A stretch of 63,394 nt of DNA, the filler included, from Octopus bimaculoides (lineage: Eukaryota): NCBI RefSeq assembly GCF_001194135.2. It is 6 parts of 6 records of this genome, joined end to end, with 100 filler letters (N's around TTAATTAATTAA, not from the genome) between each part and the next. Parts side by side here need not be neighbours in the genome. Positions count along the whole stretch, not along the records: positions 44,024 to 50,384 come from NC_068983.1; positions 50,485 to 57,895 come from NC_068982.1; positions 57,996 to 61,793 come from NC_069002.1; positions 61,894 to 63,394 come from NC_068987.1; 2 more parts are not named here. One strand, 5' to 3'. The position numbers were made by a program, and so were the translations under genes. This document shows positions 49,526 through 63,089 of the stretch, one piece after another. The notes beneath the pieces were generated by a model. That model saw nothing but the letters and a program-made list of their open reading frames with translations. It did no database searches and was not told the origin of the DNA. The first letter of the stretch is position 1. The number at the start of each line of letters is the position of its first letter.

Positions 49526-50076
49526 GATTCTTGCCCCACCCACACTCTATCCATCCCTCTCTCTTTCTCTCTCGCTGTCTCACCCTCACACACTCATACT
49601 CTCATGTACATATACATGAGAGTATTCTAAGGAATATGTAGGTATATTTTTTTTACAAAATCTAACACACATACAGTACGCAATGTTATAGGGATATTCG
49701 GCATTTCAATTATAACCACTGAAATACTTAAAAAACTATATACACAGCATTTATCTAAATCTAATCTGATAATTGCACTGACAATTCTTTGAAACAATCA
49801 TATGGTATATTCTCATTGATAATTTAAGAACGTGCTCATATCTGATAACCCATATAGGTTCACACGAACACACATCCTCACACATACAACACACACAAAC
49901 ACACACACAACGCATGCGCGTACGTATATGGTACATATGTTTAGTTATATATACATGCATATACAAGTACATACTTGCATACGCAAACAGATACACATAT
50001 AACATATATATGAATATCTATATTTGCATGTATATATATGTTTGGATTCATATATGTGTGAATGTATGTACATATG

Positions 50077-50084
<8 letters not shown>

Positions 50085-50170
<86 letters not shown>
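50085..50170. repeat. (TA)n microsatellite within a compound TA/TG/CA tract
   Basis: Direct reading. Confidence 0.97.
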
Positions 50171-50172
<2 letters not shown>

Positions 50173-50319
50173 AACACATGTACATACATTTATGTATATA
50201 TATGCATATATATGAATATATGTATATATACACGAACACACACATATATGTATATGTATACACGCACATGTATGTATACACATACACGCAAACACATGTG
50301 TATATATATGTATACCTAC

Positions 50320-50384
<65 letters not shown>

Positions 50385-50483
50385 NNNNNNNNNNNNNNNN
50401 NNNNNNNNNNNNNNNNNNNNNNNNNNNNTTAATTAATTAANNNNNNNNNNNNNNNNNNNNNNNNNNNNNNNNNNNNNNNNNNN

Positions 50484-50779
50484 NTTTATTGAGCGAAAAC
50501 ACCTAAAGCTTCACGAGGCTCCGGCAGGGGATGGTGGCGAACCCTGCTGTACTCTTTCACTACAACTTTCTCTCACTCTCACTTCCTGTTTCTGTTGTGC
50601 CTGTAATTCAAAGGGCTAGCCTTGTCACACTGTGTCACGCTGAATATCCCCGAGAACTATGTTAAGGGTACACGTGTCTGTGGAGTACTCAGCTACTTGC
50701 ACGTTAATTTCACGAGCAGGCTGTTCCGTTGATCTGATCAACTGGAACCTCCGATGTCGTAAGTGATGGAGTGCCAACA
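50484..50779 (+). mobile_element. SINE family C, head lost in a gap
   Basis: TTTATTGAGCGAAAACAC...GTTAAGGGTACACGTGTCTGTGGAG...GGAGTGCCAAC. Confidence 0.88.
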
Positions 50780-51149
50780 CCACACAGAGTAAGAATCGTC
50801 ACGTAAGTGAGACGTTTCCATAGATAAGCAGTCTTTTTCATAATTTTCCATTATTTATTGTTATTAGTTTTACTTTTCTATTCTATCTTCAAAATACCAC
50901 TTAACATTTGTGATGAGGGTATATAAACATGCATTTATTTGACAAAATTAAGTTATATTATTCTACTGTAAATATTCCATAGATATATATAGTTGATGAA
51001 TAGTTAATCATTATCAACATGATCTCAGCGTACCTCTTAATACCAGCTAGAAATAGCCTGGCATGAAGCATGAGTTCTAAAAATGAATAACTTTTTCTGG
51101 AAACATTCTATTGAGAATACATTTCAATTTTGCCATTTTTAAACTCTAA

Positions 51150-51712
51150 TTTGTTTCAGCCATTGGACGGCGGCCATACTTGAGCACCACTATGAAGGGT
51201 TTTCGTCGAACAAATCGACTGCAGTACTTATGCTTTTAAAACAAAAAGTCTTATTGTATCGGTGTCTTTGGCCGAACCGCTAGTTACTGGGAAGTAAACA
51301 AACTAATATANNNNNNNNNNNNNNNNNNNNNNNNNNNNNNNNNNNNNNNNNNNNNNNNNNNNNNNNNNNNNNNNNNNNNNNNNNNNNNNNNNNNNNNNNN
51401 NNNNNNNNNNNNNNNNNNNNNNNNNNNNNNNNNNNNNNNNNNNNNNNNNNNNNNNNNNNNNNNNNNNNNNNNNNNNNNNNNNNNNNNNNNNNNNNNNNNN
51501 NNNNNNNNNNNNNNNNNNNNNNNNNNNNNNNNNNNNNNNNNNNNNNNNNNNNNNNNNNNNNNNNNNNNNNNNNNNNNNNNNNATATATGCGATGGGCTTC
51601 CAGGTAGTTTCCGTCTACCAAATTCACTTTAAGGTATTGGTGGTAATGCGCAGTGGGATCGAGTCCAAAACTACGTGGCTGCTAAGCGAGCTTCTGAACC
51701 ACTTAGCCATGT
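51150..51712 (-). mobile_element. SINE family B spanning a gap where its internal microsatellite lies
   Basis: Tail 51150-51310 and head 51583-51712 in matching orientation on either side of the N-run. Confidence 0.75.
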
Positions 51713-52124
51713 CTGTGCCTGAATATACACAAATCTGCGCGACCGCGTGCATGTATGTGTGCGCACGCGCGCACGTGTGTGTTTAGGTTTCTTTTCTTGT
51801 TTACGTGCTCTTGATTGTTTTCTGTACAAATGCCACCTCTGAATCCTTCAACAGAAGTCAAAGCAGGTTATAAAATGCCGCTGCAATAAACTAACGTTAG
51901 CGCCAAGAATATTAACAAAAGTCTAGTAGTCATTGCAACAGATTCTTTATAAAAGACACATAAACAATATAATACCACAAGCTCTAAGGACCACGTGACC
52001 TAAAAATAGAGTCAAAATGATGCAAAAACAGTGGCCCTGGTGTTTGCTTTGAGCTTGGATGGAACTTGAATAATGAAATTGTGGAATGTTAGTCTCTGCC
52101 ATATTAATATAAAGCATATATTAA

Positions 52125-52290
52125 CGCGGTGAAATGGCAGAATCGTTAGCAAGCCAGACAAAAATGTTTAACGGCATTTCGTCTGTCTTTACGTTCTAAG
52201 TTCAAATTTGCCTTTTATCCTTTCGGGATCGATCTAATCGATTTAACCCCTTTCCCCCAAATAGCTGGCCTTGTGCTAAAATTTGAAACC
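52125..52290 (+). mobile_element. SINE family A with internal deletions
   Basis: CGCGGTGAAATGGCAGAATCGTTAGC...TTTGCCTTTTATCCTTTCGGGATCGAT. Confidence 0.75.
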
Positions 52291-53063
52291 AGTGTGAGTC
52301 TATGCTCTGTTCCTTCTTCAACACACAACAATGTTTGTTTGTGTGTGTGTGTGTGTTTGTGTGTGTGTGTACATACATGCTGATATATATATATAGACAT
52401 AGATCGACAGCTAGATAGATATAGACATACATACACACACATACATACACACATGCGTATTTATATATATACATACATACAAAACTATATACATTGAATA
52501 TACAGATATATATGCGTATCCGTGTGTGTGTGTGTGTGCATTTATATATATACACGTACGTACGCACGTATGTATGTATGTATGTATGTCTATACACAAC
52601 ACCCAAATCGCATATACTGCGTTATCGAATTCATTATAGTTGTTACTGTTGCGTATCTTTAGTCAGCTTTAATTGAACACATCGAACATATCTATCAATC
52701 GATTTTAGAATACCAAACACGAGATCACACACTTATGTTATGTGTAGTCCTTAGTAATTTTTATCTTCTAATAATATATTAATCCAATTCTACAGAAACA
52801 TGTTTTGGAACCCAAAATTTAAGAATGTGTAACGTTGTCCTTTTATCGATCACTACTAGCTGCAGATTGATTTAAATTCTCTTGGAAATTCTAAAAGATT
52901 TCAGATTAGATTCCATTTGCTGGTTGCTATGTCAGAATGCCTAATCACTAAAGCCCGATGTTTCCTAGTTGCTATTCTCTATATTCCATGAAAATGTTTA
53001 GAATTCTTCGTGGAATATAGAAAATTCCATGACAGTTGTCGGTTTGGTCCCACCTCTCAGCAT

Positions 53064-53385
53064 CTTGAACAGGTACCTTCTACTACAGCCCCGGTTTGAC
53101 CAAAGCCTTATCAGTGGATTTGGTTGATAGAGACTGAAAGAGGCTCGTGGTATGTGTGCACATGTGTGTATGTGTGTGCGTGTGTGTGTGCATGTGTGCG
53201 TGTGTGTGTGTGCGTGTGTCTTTCGGTTTGTCTGCCCTATCACCGCTTAACAACCAGTGTTGGTTTGTTTACGTCCACGAAACTTGCAGTTTGGCAAAAT
53301 TCTGGGGAAGATTCGTTCAACTAAAATCTTTCAAGGTGGTGCCCCATTACGATCGCAGTCCAATGACTGAAACGAATAAAAAACA
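53064..53385 (+). mobile_element. SINE family B with internal (TG)n
   Basis: GACCAAAGCCTTATCAGTGGATTTGG...(TG)n...CAAGGTGGTGCCCCATTACGATCGCAGTCCAATGACTGAAAC. Confidence 0.8.
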
Positions 53386-54971
53386 AATCAAAAAAGAAAC
53401 AATTCTGATGAGAATATTGGTTGTTTTTCAAAATTCTTCTCGCTGTCTCTTTTTCTGAACCGATACATTTTGTTGATATTTAAGATATGACCTTCTGCAG
53501 AGGATTGCAAAATTTCTATGGGACAAGTACAATGTTTTTCTCTCAAACAGTGAAGGGTTTAGCATTGAAACTATCATAACAGTAGAAATTCAGTTGGTTG
53601 ATGATGTAGCTGTGTATATGCGCAACGTGTGATGCCAAAATATAAAGGTGCCGTCGTTGGTACCTTATAATATGTCAATTATGTTATGTGAATAACCTGT
53701 GGTGTCAATATACAAGCTATCACAGAAATCTCAGAACTCGTGTACGAAACTTTATCTGAAACAGAATTTAATCAAAACAAAGATAAGCGATTCTCACCCA
53801 ATACTTTATTACAAGTAAACAACTATAAGGAGAATGTTTCCGCTTACTGATGGCCGCCAAAATAAACAAACATTGATGGCCATCAGTAAGTGAAAACTCG
53901 CTACGGGGTGAGCAAATAGCAGGACCAATCTACAAAGAAAGAACTCCCGTCCAGAAAGTGTCTTGGCCCGTTAGTTCCTGGCACGTTAAGGAAGCCAGGT
54001 CCACTTAGCTCATGACTCCTAGGAATTTTTCTGCAGTTTTCGAAATGCTGCCTTTAACCCCGAGACCTTCGGGGTTATCTTATTTCCCTGAACTGTGGTG
54101 TATACCGTTCGGTCATACCCAAAGAACTTGCAATATGAATCTATTTAAATTTGAGTTTTCCTTTAGAACACATCACACAGTTTAAATACCACCACCTGAC
54201 CCTGAGTGCCTTTTGTGGAATTCACAGAGATGTAAGAGTTCGGACCAGACTCTCAGTTCCTTCTTCGCCTAGATTTTACCAGGTCAGTGATGTAGCACGG
54301 GTTTTGGCCACCCTGTATCGTAGCCAAATTGGCCGCCTACTTCCTTGGACATAACACACCTTCGACTACAGCAATCACACACATATAATGTAACAGGCCA
54401 GTGTGGTTTGCACATTCTGTTCACCCAGCGGTGCTCCACAGGTTTAGACCTCGTATCAGTTCAGTCACGTTCACTAGATTGTGGTGGCTGCAATAAACAT
54501 AAGCACTACTCCACTTCACCTCACAAAATTGTTACCCCCGCAAAAACGTGAGCGGTTTCCCAGACAATGCAAGCCTTTCATGAACAAACATCTCCGATCT
54601 ATTATAAGCACGATATAACTAATAAAAATATCGCTATAAATTTATACAAGACATGTGTATGTATGCCTGTCTGTCTGTCTGTATGTATGTATAAATACAT
54701 ATATGTGTGTATGTATGTATGCATGTATGTATGTATGTATGTATGTATGTATGTATGCATGTATGTATGTATGTATGTATGTATCTATCTATCTATACAT
54801 ATATAAACACATATTTGTGTGCGCATGCACACACACTCACACGCAAACTCACACACACACGCACTCACACTCACAAACACACACACGCACTCTGTGTGTG
54901 TATATGTGAGTCTATGTATGCATGCATGCATGTATCTTTGTATGTATGTATCTTCTATTTTCTAATTATAA

Positions 54972-55265
54972 TAAATCCTCCACTGTGGAGGGAGCCAGAT
55001 TCCAACAAAGATACAAGGCTCCATCTTTGGGATGTAGTTAACACAGACAAATTCACATTTGGAACTTGAGAAAAGTCTTGCATATTTTTACTGTTCCACT
55101 CACAGATTGCAGTTGTAATGTACGAATCAGCCGGTCAATTTCTTTTTCTAAAAATCCCAGTTTATCCTGATTCTCCTTTAAGCATTTACTAACAAAACCT
55201 AGTGCTCCAATTATTAGTGGTATGAATAGGAATTCATAGTTTGGATATAGAAGCTGAAAGTTTCG
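54972..55265 (-). mobile_element. R4/Dong-clade LINE 3' end (RLE endonuclease C-terminus and 3' UTR), degraded
   Basis: RNFQLLYPNYEFLFIPLIIGALGFVSKCLKENQDKLGF, frameshift, IRTLQLQSVSGTVKICKTFLKFQM* (stop 55053-55055). Confidence 0.7.
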
Positions 55266-55873
55266 ATGTGTATGTACATGGCCCCGCGGGAGTTATAAAC
55301 TTTAGTGGTATCTTTGGAGGGTCATTATACCAATAATAAACACATCCTTGGTTCTATTTCATTTCTTTATTGCTATTCATGAATCGGTTAACCATTTAAC
55401 CAAGTGATTAATCGATTGATCAAACAAGCAATAAATTGCTTAAATGCTTAACCGATCTTTCTTAACAATAAAGAAGTGAAATAGAACGAAGGCCTGTGTT
55501 CATTATTAGCATAACGACCCTCTCGAGATACAACGAAATATGTTTCTACGTATGAGTTCACAACAACCATGCCAACCAGATATAAAAAAAAACAAGCTGT
55601 GAGTCGTTGCACGGCAATTCAGCTCTAGGTGCACGTGTACTTACAGCACAAATGAAAATGATCTCACGATTCCTGTTACATTTTTGTGTGTGTGCGTGTG
55701 CGTGCATGCGCGTGTATGCGTGCAAGTATGTAGGTGTACTTGTGTGCTTATGTCTTTGCGTGTGTTTGTGTGTGAATTGAATGTATGCACTTGCCTAGTT
55801 TTATCTCCGCTAATGTTAGACGAGAACACGCACTCGACCTTATACTTTTAAAGACACACACACACACACACGG

Positions 55874-55909
<36 letters not shown>

Positions 55910-56436
55910 ATGCACGTATAAAACAACTACACGCTCTCGTGCATACACGCACACACACATACATACATACATACATACATACATACATACATACATACAC
56001 AAGCATACATTACACACAGAGGCACAAATAAAGCACCTGCTCACGATTGCATACACACGCGTGCGCGCGCAGCACACACAACACATATGCGTGCACGCAT
56101 GCACTCGCTCACATAGAAAATCCGCATTCACCTTATTATCAAAATAATATAAAACGAAAGAAAAAAAACAACGATTGAGCGACGAATTTCCAGCCGGGTC
56201 GTGTGTGCATAAATTACCATAAATTAGCAGCTGTACGCCTGTTGTGATTGGTTAATAAATATGTAACCAGTTTCAAAATTTACTATTGATTTTTTTAGTC
56301 TTTTGCTTAACCCTTCACCCATTACCTTTGTATTTCTCCCTTTGTATCCCAATCCCCCTCTTCCTTCTGTTAGATTATGCTTATTTGGCACAATACTTTC
56401 CATAAGAGCCTCCGCACAATAGATTGCCTTCCTCGC

Positions 56437-56510
56437 TCCACCACCACCACCAGCACCGCCGCCATCACCACCATCACCACCATCGCCGCCATCGCCGCCA
56501 TCGCCGCTGG
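56437..56510. repeat. GC-rich trinucleotide/9-mer repeat (CCA/CCG; CCATCGCCG units)
   Basis: CCACCACCACCAGCACCGCCGCCATCACCACCATCACCACCATCGCCGCCATCGCCGCCATCGCCG. Confidence 0.9.
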
Positions 56511-56946
56511 AACCGTTATCAAACAACGACTTGTGTTAAGTGGAGAAAGCGGTTCACGTGCACTTTTAGACACAGCTGTGAGGGTGTTTTGACATTGGAA
56601 CTGGGTTGAGCTGTGGAGAGTGGAAGAAGGTGTGTGTGTGAGAGAGACAGCGAGAGAGAGGGACGGGGAAGTAGAGAAAGGGATGGGGAGGGTAAGTAGA
56701 TGTCAACTGGAAAAAAACAAGCAGAAGGGATGCATCTGGTGCATTCGGGTACACGGAGCGGGAGAGGGAGGGTAGTCAGATAGATAGCTAGGTAGGTGAA
56801 TGGAGAGATGAGGTGTGTGTGTGTGCATGTGTGTGTGTGCGTGAGCGTGTGTGTGCGTGTGTGCGTACGAGTTCACGTGTGCATATAAATGCTGATTTAA
56901 ACCAAGTACATTTATATGTATATACGCACAAACATTTATGTACCTA

Positions 56947-56998
<52 letters not shown>

Positions 56999-57068
56999 TA
57001 CAATACATACATACATATATACATATATACATACATACATACAGGCATACATATACATATATATATGC

Positions 57069-57103
<35 letters not shown>

Positions 57104-57639
57104 GTCTTACGTTTAAGATGATCCCCATACATTTCCCCGAGGAGAAGTTTACATTTTTAACATCGACGATTTCTATGGATCGCATNNNNNNNNNNNNNNN
57201 NNNNNNNNNNNNNNNNNNNNNNNNNNNNNNNNNNNNNNNNNNNNNNNNNNNNNNNNNNNNNNNNNNNNNNNNNNNNNNNNNNNNNNNNNNNNNNNNNNNN
57301 NNNNNNNNNNNNNNNNNNNNNNNNNNNNNNNNNNNNNNNNNNNNNNNNNNNNNNNNNNNNNNNNNNNNNNNNNNNNNNNNNNNNNNNNNNNNNNNNNNNN
57401 NNNNNNNNNNNNNNNNNNNNNNNNNNNNNNNNNNNNNNNNNNNNNNNNNNNNNNNNNNNNNNNNNNNNNNNNNNNNNNNNNNNNNNNNNNNNNNNNNNNN
57501 NNNNNNNNNNNNNNNNNNNNNNNNNNNNNNNNNTATATATATACACATAAATACATACATACATACATACATACATACATGCATATATATATATATATAT
57601 ATACTGTTCTGTTCTTAAATTAAGAAACTTTTCATCTCA

Positions 57640-57830
57640 CATTGCTCTGCAATCACCACTTCGCTGACTGACGGATGGTACACCATGCACCTGTTCAGGC
57701 AACGTCGATTTGATGGAGAGAGTGAGCTAATGTATGGCACATACATTTGATCACTATAAACAAATCATTTGTGCAAGTCGTTCGGCAGAAAAGCCGAACA
57801 CTCATACGTTGCCTTCGACAGGAGTGTCCA
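57640..57830. mobile_element. Probable dispersed repeat or SINE fragment
   Basis: GC-balanced block between microsatellites with hairpin GTTCGGC-AGAAAA-GCCGAAC; resembles a recalled cephalopod repeat. Confidence 0.35.
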
Positions 57831-60800
57831 TCACATATATATACATATACATATATATGTGTGTGTGTATATATATATATACATACATATATATANNNNN
57901 NNNNNNNNNNNNNNNNNNNNNNNNNNNNNNNNNNNNNNNTTAATTAATTAANNNNNNNNNNNNNNNNNNNNNNNNNNNNNNNNNNNNNNNNNNNNTGTGC
58001 ATGGGTGCATATTTGTGCGCGCGTGCATTGTATGTATATGCATGTACATCCTGTCTGTATATGCGGGCACTGTGTGTGTGTGTGTGCGTGTGTGTGTGTG
58101 TGGGTGTGTGTGTGTGTGTGTGTGTGTGTGCTCAGATGTATAAACGAGGCAACGTCTATAAATGAAGAAAAGTTTCTTTCTTAACTTCTCGGATCTGAGT
58201 CTCTCTAGTTCCTTTATGAAGAATCGAAGAACTGAAGCCAGCCATGGCTTCAGTTAAATAAATATGCACACGCGCACATGTGTGCGTGTGCGCGCGCGTG
58301 TGTCTGCATGTGTGTGTGTGTGTGTTTTGGATATACAGAGAGAAAGAAGGAGAGAGAAAAGATGGAGAGGGGAGGAAAGAGAAAGAAGAAANNNNNNNNN
58401 NNNNNNNNNNNNNNNNNNNNNNNNNNNNNNNNNNNNNNNNNNNNNNNNNNNNNNNNNNNNNNNNNNNNNNNNNNNNNNNNNNNNNNNNNNNNNNNNNNNN
58501 NNNNNNNNNNNNNNNNNNNNNNNNNNNNNNNNNNNNNNNNNNNNNNNNNNNNNNNNNNNNNNNNNNNNNNNNNNNNNNNNNNNNNNNNNNNNNNNNNNNN
58601 NNNNNNNNNNNNNNNNNNNNNNNNNNNNNNNNNNNNNNNNNNNNNNNNNNNNNNNNNNNNNNNNNNNNNNNNNNNNNNNNNNNNNNNNNNNNNNNNNNNN
58701 NNNNNNNNNNNNNNNNNNNNNNNNNNNNNNNNNNNNNNNNNNNNNNNNNNNNNNNNNNNNNNNNNNNNNNNNNNNNNNNNNNNNNNNNNNNNNNNNNNNN
58801 NNNNNNNNNNNNNNNNNNNNNNNNNNNNNNNNNNNNNNNNNNNNNNNNNNNNNNNNNNNNNNNNNNNNNNNNNNNNNNNNNNNNNNNNNNNNNNNNNNNN
58901 NNNNNNNNNNNNNNNNNNNNNNNNNNNNNNNNNNNNNNNNNNNNNNNNNNNNNNNNNNNNNNNNNNNNNNNNNNNNNNNNNNNNNNNNNNNNNNNNNNNN
59001 NNNNNNNNNNNNNNNNNNNNNNNNNNNNNNNNNNNNNNNNNNNNNNNNNNNNNNNNNNNNNNNNNNNNNNNNNNNNNNNNNNNNNNNNNNNNNNNNNNNN
59101 NNNNNNNNNNNNNNNNNNNNNNNNNNNNNNNNNNNNNNNNNNNNNNNNNNNNNNNNNNNNNNNNNNNNNNNNNNATATATATATATATATATGCATATAT
59201 ATATATATGCATACACACACATACATACACACATACATATATACATATATATGCATATATATGCATACACACACATAGGCACACACATCCTAGAAGCCTT
59301 CAAAGTCTCCTGGGAATCTCTCCTCTATCTTCTGTCAAATTTGGTGCAATCAGCTGGTTCCCTTGTTTCCTTGTTTAGTTCTCCTTTTTTTCTCTGTCGC
59401 TTTTATTTCTATATCTATGTAACTGTTCTTGCTGTTATTGTTGTTTGCGTTGACGTTGTTGTTGGTGAAGGTGGTTATGGTAGGGGAAGTGGTTTTTCTT
59501 TCCTTAAACTTCCGTTAAAAGCAAACAATCTTTTTATTATTTCCTATTTTATTTTTCTTACAATTATTTTGTATTTCTTTATTTGTTGTGTGGGTGGTGG
59601 ATGTGGATGTCGAAGAAGACGGATACGATGCAGATTCAAGTCTGGTTTGAAGAGAATATCTGTGTCAATCACTCAAACAATCAATTAGGCTTGCATTGAT
59701 TTCGATGAAACGAATGAATATCATGGAAATCTCAGTTTGTTTCCAATGTATTTGGGCTTTTGTGATGATGTAACGAGATCAACAACACCGCCACCAACAT
59801 CACCACCGTTCCACCTATGACACCATTACCACCACTATCACCACCACCACCACCATAATCATCATCCTCATCGCCAACAACAACAACAACAATATCCGTA
59901 TTCCTTTCTACATGTTTAAAACACAGATTAGATGTTGTCTACAGAAAAGTAAAAATGGCGTCTCCTTGTCCATCCGAACATCCTCTGACAGGAATAATGT
60001 TTTGAAATGCTATGGGGTTGTTCAGTGAGAAGAAATACCTTTAATATGGTTCCTGATAACTCCTTTTCAGAATAGATTGTTTACCAACGGATCCCACTTG
60101 ACATCCATCTCTCGCCTGGAGACCCACAAATTGTCTGCGTAAGATGGTTGCACCATCTCCTGGGTAATGGCGGGACAGCCAGACCAGATTGAAGGTAACC
60201 AACAAAATTTTCGATTAAATATAAGGACCAATAACCCTTACACATTATAAGACGGGGTTTTCAGTGGTCTTTGCAGAAGAAACCCACTAATAAGCAGTCA
60301 AATTTCAACCGTTAGTGATAGGGGATCTCTGGCAAATTCGCTGTGGGCTGTGTACTCCAGAGTATACAGAGACACACAGACCACATTCTCATTTCTCTGT
60401 TATACTTCTAGTCATCCCGCTCAGCCTTGTTACTGGTCCAGGGAGTCAGCGACGACTGAATGATTTTGGTCATCCACAGTATTTTCCAAGGGATGTCGGT
60501 TACACACCAAGTAGAATTGATACGCCACAGATTCTGAAAAAATATAATTTAAGGGCCTTAGAAAATTCATATTAATGTTTGAACAGTTAAAAGAAGAATG
60601 CAATTTGTTAAACCCGTAAATGAAATTTTAAATGTGATTCATCAAACAGTTAAGTCAATCATTAATCAAACAAATGATTAATTAATAGTTTTCGATATTT
60701 TTTTTCTTCTAAATATTTTTACCAGACATGATCTATGGCAACACAACGACAACAGCCGGAAACTGGACACTTTCTTCAGTAATCAGAGATTCCCAACTAG

Positions 60801-61139
60801 GAACTCTGATGACCAACACAACTGATTTTTCTCAATTAACGTCATCAAAATGCTTTTTAATTACAATAACCTTATTAACTCAGTATTTAAAAGCTTTATT
60901 GCTGGAACGGTTATATAAGACAGCTGTTATTGTTATTGTTGTTGTTGTTGTCTTTTTTTATGTGAAAACCATTTAGTATTCGGTCAGGTGAATAATTAGT
61001 AAAACGTTAACTAGACAACGTTTGATTAGAAACATTAACGCAAGCAATTAATTTGCTTTCTTTGATGTTCGTTTCTGTTGGCCTTTAATCGTTTTAATAA
61101 TTTCTTTATAATCACGGGTATATTACCTTTGCTGTGGCA

Positions 61140-61190
<51 letters not shown>

Positions 61191-61210
61191 CACACGCACG
61201 ATAGAAAATA

Positions 61211-61340
61211 CGAGCAGTGGATTGGCAAAGTCGTTAGAATGCCAGATTAAATGTTTCGTATTATTGCGGTTCTCCACATTCCGAGTTCAAACGATGTCGT
61301 GGTCAATTTTGCTCTTTAATCTTTCCGGGTGTATAAACGA
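61211..61340 (+). mobile_element. Degraded SINE family A
   Basis: GGATTGGCAAAGTCGTTAGAATGCC...CCGAGTTCAAAC...TTTGCTCTTTAATCTTTCCGGG. Confidence 0.55.
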
Positions 61341-61893
61341 ATTAATAGTCCAAGACGGTGGATTGACGGAATTTCTAGAAAGTTGGATGGGAAGTCGTGT
61401 GATGTCTGTTACCATCCTATACATTCTGAGATCAAATTCAGCCTCTTGTCACCTGTCACGGGGAAAACGGTGATCGACGCGGGAATTCCTTAAACAAGGG
61501 ACCAAATATTTTCATCTGTTGACTTTGAATGGTACAACGGCAGATGGCAGGAGAGAATTTAAGGGGATATTTAGGGTCTGTGCAAGCAATGATTTCGCCT
61601 CGGTGCTTTTATGTATAAAACGAATTCTCCGCAAGATCGAAAGTTCAAACGACGCTAGGTTTCGAAAACGGGAAGACGAAATCGTTGCCTGTGCTATTCC
61701 ACACACATATATACATGCGCACATAAACTTTCATGCATACATACGTACATTCATACACATACATATATATAAATATATATACATATATATATANNNNNNN
61801 NNNNNNNNNNNNNNNNNNNNNNNNNNNNNNNNNNNNNTTAATTAATTAANNNNNNNNNNNNNNNNNNNNNNNNNNNNNNNNNNNNNNNNNNNN

Positions 61894-62530
61894 ACCGATA
61901 AAGATGAATAACAGTAAGGTTTATTAGAGCATTAAACTGTATGTCTGTGTGTGAGTGAATGCGACATAATAAAACACAATATAAGACAGGCCGTCATGTA
62001 AACAAAGAGTGTGTATACAAATATATGTATGTGAATGCAAGAGATACAGAGTATAGATAAGAGTCTGTAACATGGATAAGAAAATATCAGTTCTCAGTTA
62101 AGGTACACAGTAGTTAGAAAGTCTGTATATAAGAGGTTGAGGCGTTGAGGCAGAGCTAAGTCACATGTCGTGCAGTTGAGGCTTCTATGCCGAGCCGGGC
62201 TACTTGGTACAGGTGGTCTTTCGCGGTGGTCGAATTCTGGCTGTTATTTCGTGGTAAACAATTTACACAAACAGTAGTGTTGAGAGAAGCTGCGGTTGCT
62301 GTTGGTAGCTTGTGTACGTAGCGACGTTGGCGATGTTGGGGAAGCTTGTAGTAAACAGTTGAACGATGGTGTTGATGTCGTCGCTGGAAACTGGCTGGTT
62401 GGTGTTACGTGTGGTCAACGACCAGATCTTAGAAGATCTGAAACCGCGACAAAGTGGCGCGGATAAATTAGGCTATTTATAGGTACAGAGAGGCTCCAGA
62501 AAGTACGATAGACATAAGTTTATGTTATTT
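61894..62530 (-). mobile_element. LTR-like block running into a gap
   Basis: Minus strand has CTATAAATAG near 62480, a C/A-rich middle and AATAAA near 61920; termini and TSD not verifiable. Confidence 0.35.
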
Positions 62531-62644
62531 GTTCCTATTACATTTCACCATTGTGGTTGTTTGAAACTCTGCATTAGATGTTCCAAGTGCAAATGGACGC
62601 TGAATCACAACGGCTCATCGAGAAACGCTTTATTGCACTGTTAT

Positions 62645-62860
62645 AAAGGTGCCTGTTGCCAAACCACTAAGTTACGGGGTTGTAAGCACACCAGCACTGG
62701 TTGTCAAGCGCTAGAAGGGGAAAACTCCCACACACACACACATATATATGATGGGCTTCTTTCAGTTTCCGTCCTCCAAATTCACTCATAAGGATATTGT
62801 CGGCTCGAGACTGTAGTGGAAGACTTAACCAAGGTACCGTACAGTAGAACTGAAACCGGA
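62645..62860 (-). mobile_element. SINE family B with a short internal CA/TA tract
   Basis: CACTAAGTTACGGGG...GGTTGTCAAGCG...GGGCTTCTTTCAGTTTCCGTC...CCAAGGTACCGTACAGTAGAACTGAAACCGG. Confidence 0.8.
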
Positions 62861-63053
62861 AGGCTAGCGTGTCATTGTCCACCATACACCAGCTTCTAAA
62901 AACACTTGAAGGACTATCCTTGCAGACAGGAGAATAAAGAGAAAAAAACAAAGATGACTAACTTTGATCAGCTTAACTTCCCACGCAGCCTTTGCGGTCG
63001 TGCTTCTCCGTAAACCTTCGTTCGCGAAGACAAACCAAGAGAATGTACGTACG

Positions 63054-63089
<36 letters not shown>

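Noticed and set aside
53495-53630. FLSNSEGFSIETIITVEIQL resembling a Polinton-associated motif
   Set aside because: One weak motif with none of the expected neighbours
59290-59700. Low-complexity open-looking frames (Asn/Thr/Lys-rich on the minus strand)
   Set aside because: Stops in the minus-strand frames, no splice support, simple-repeat composition
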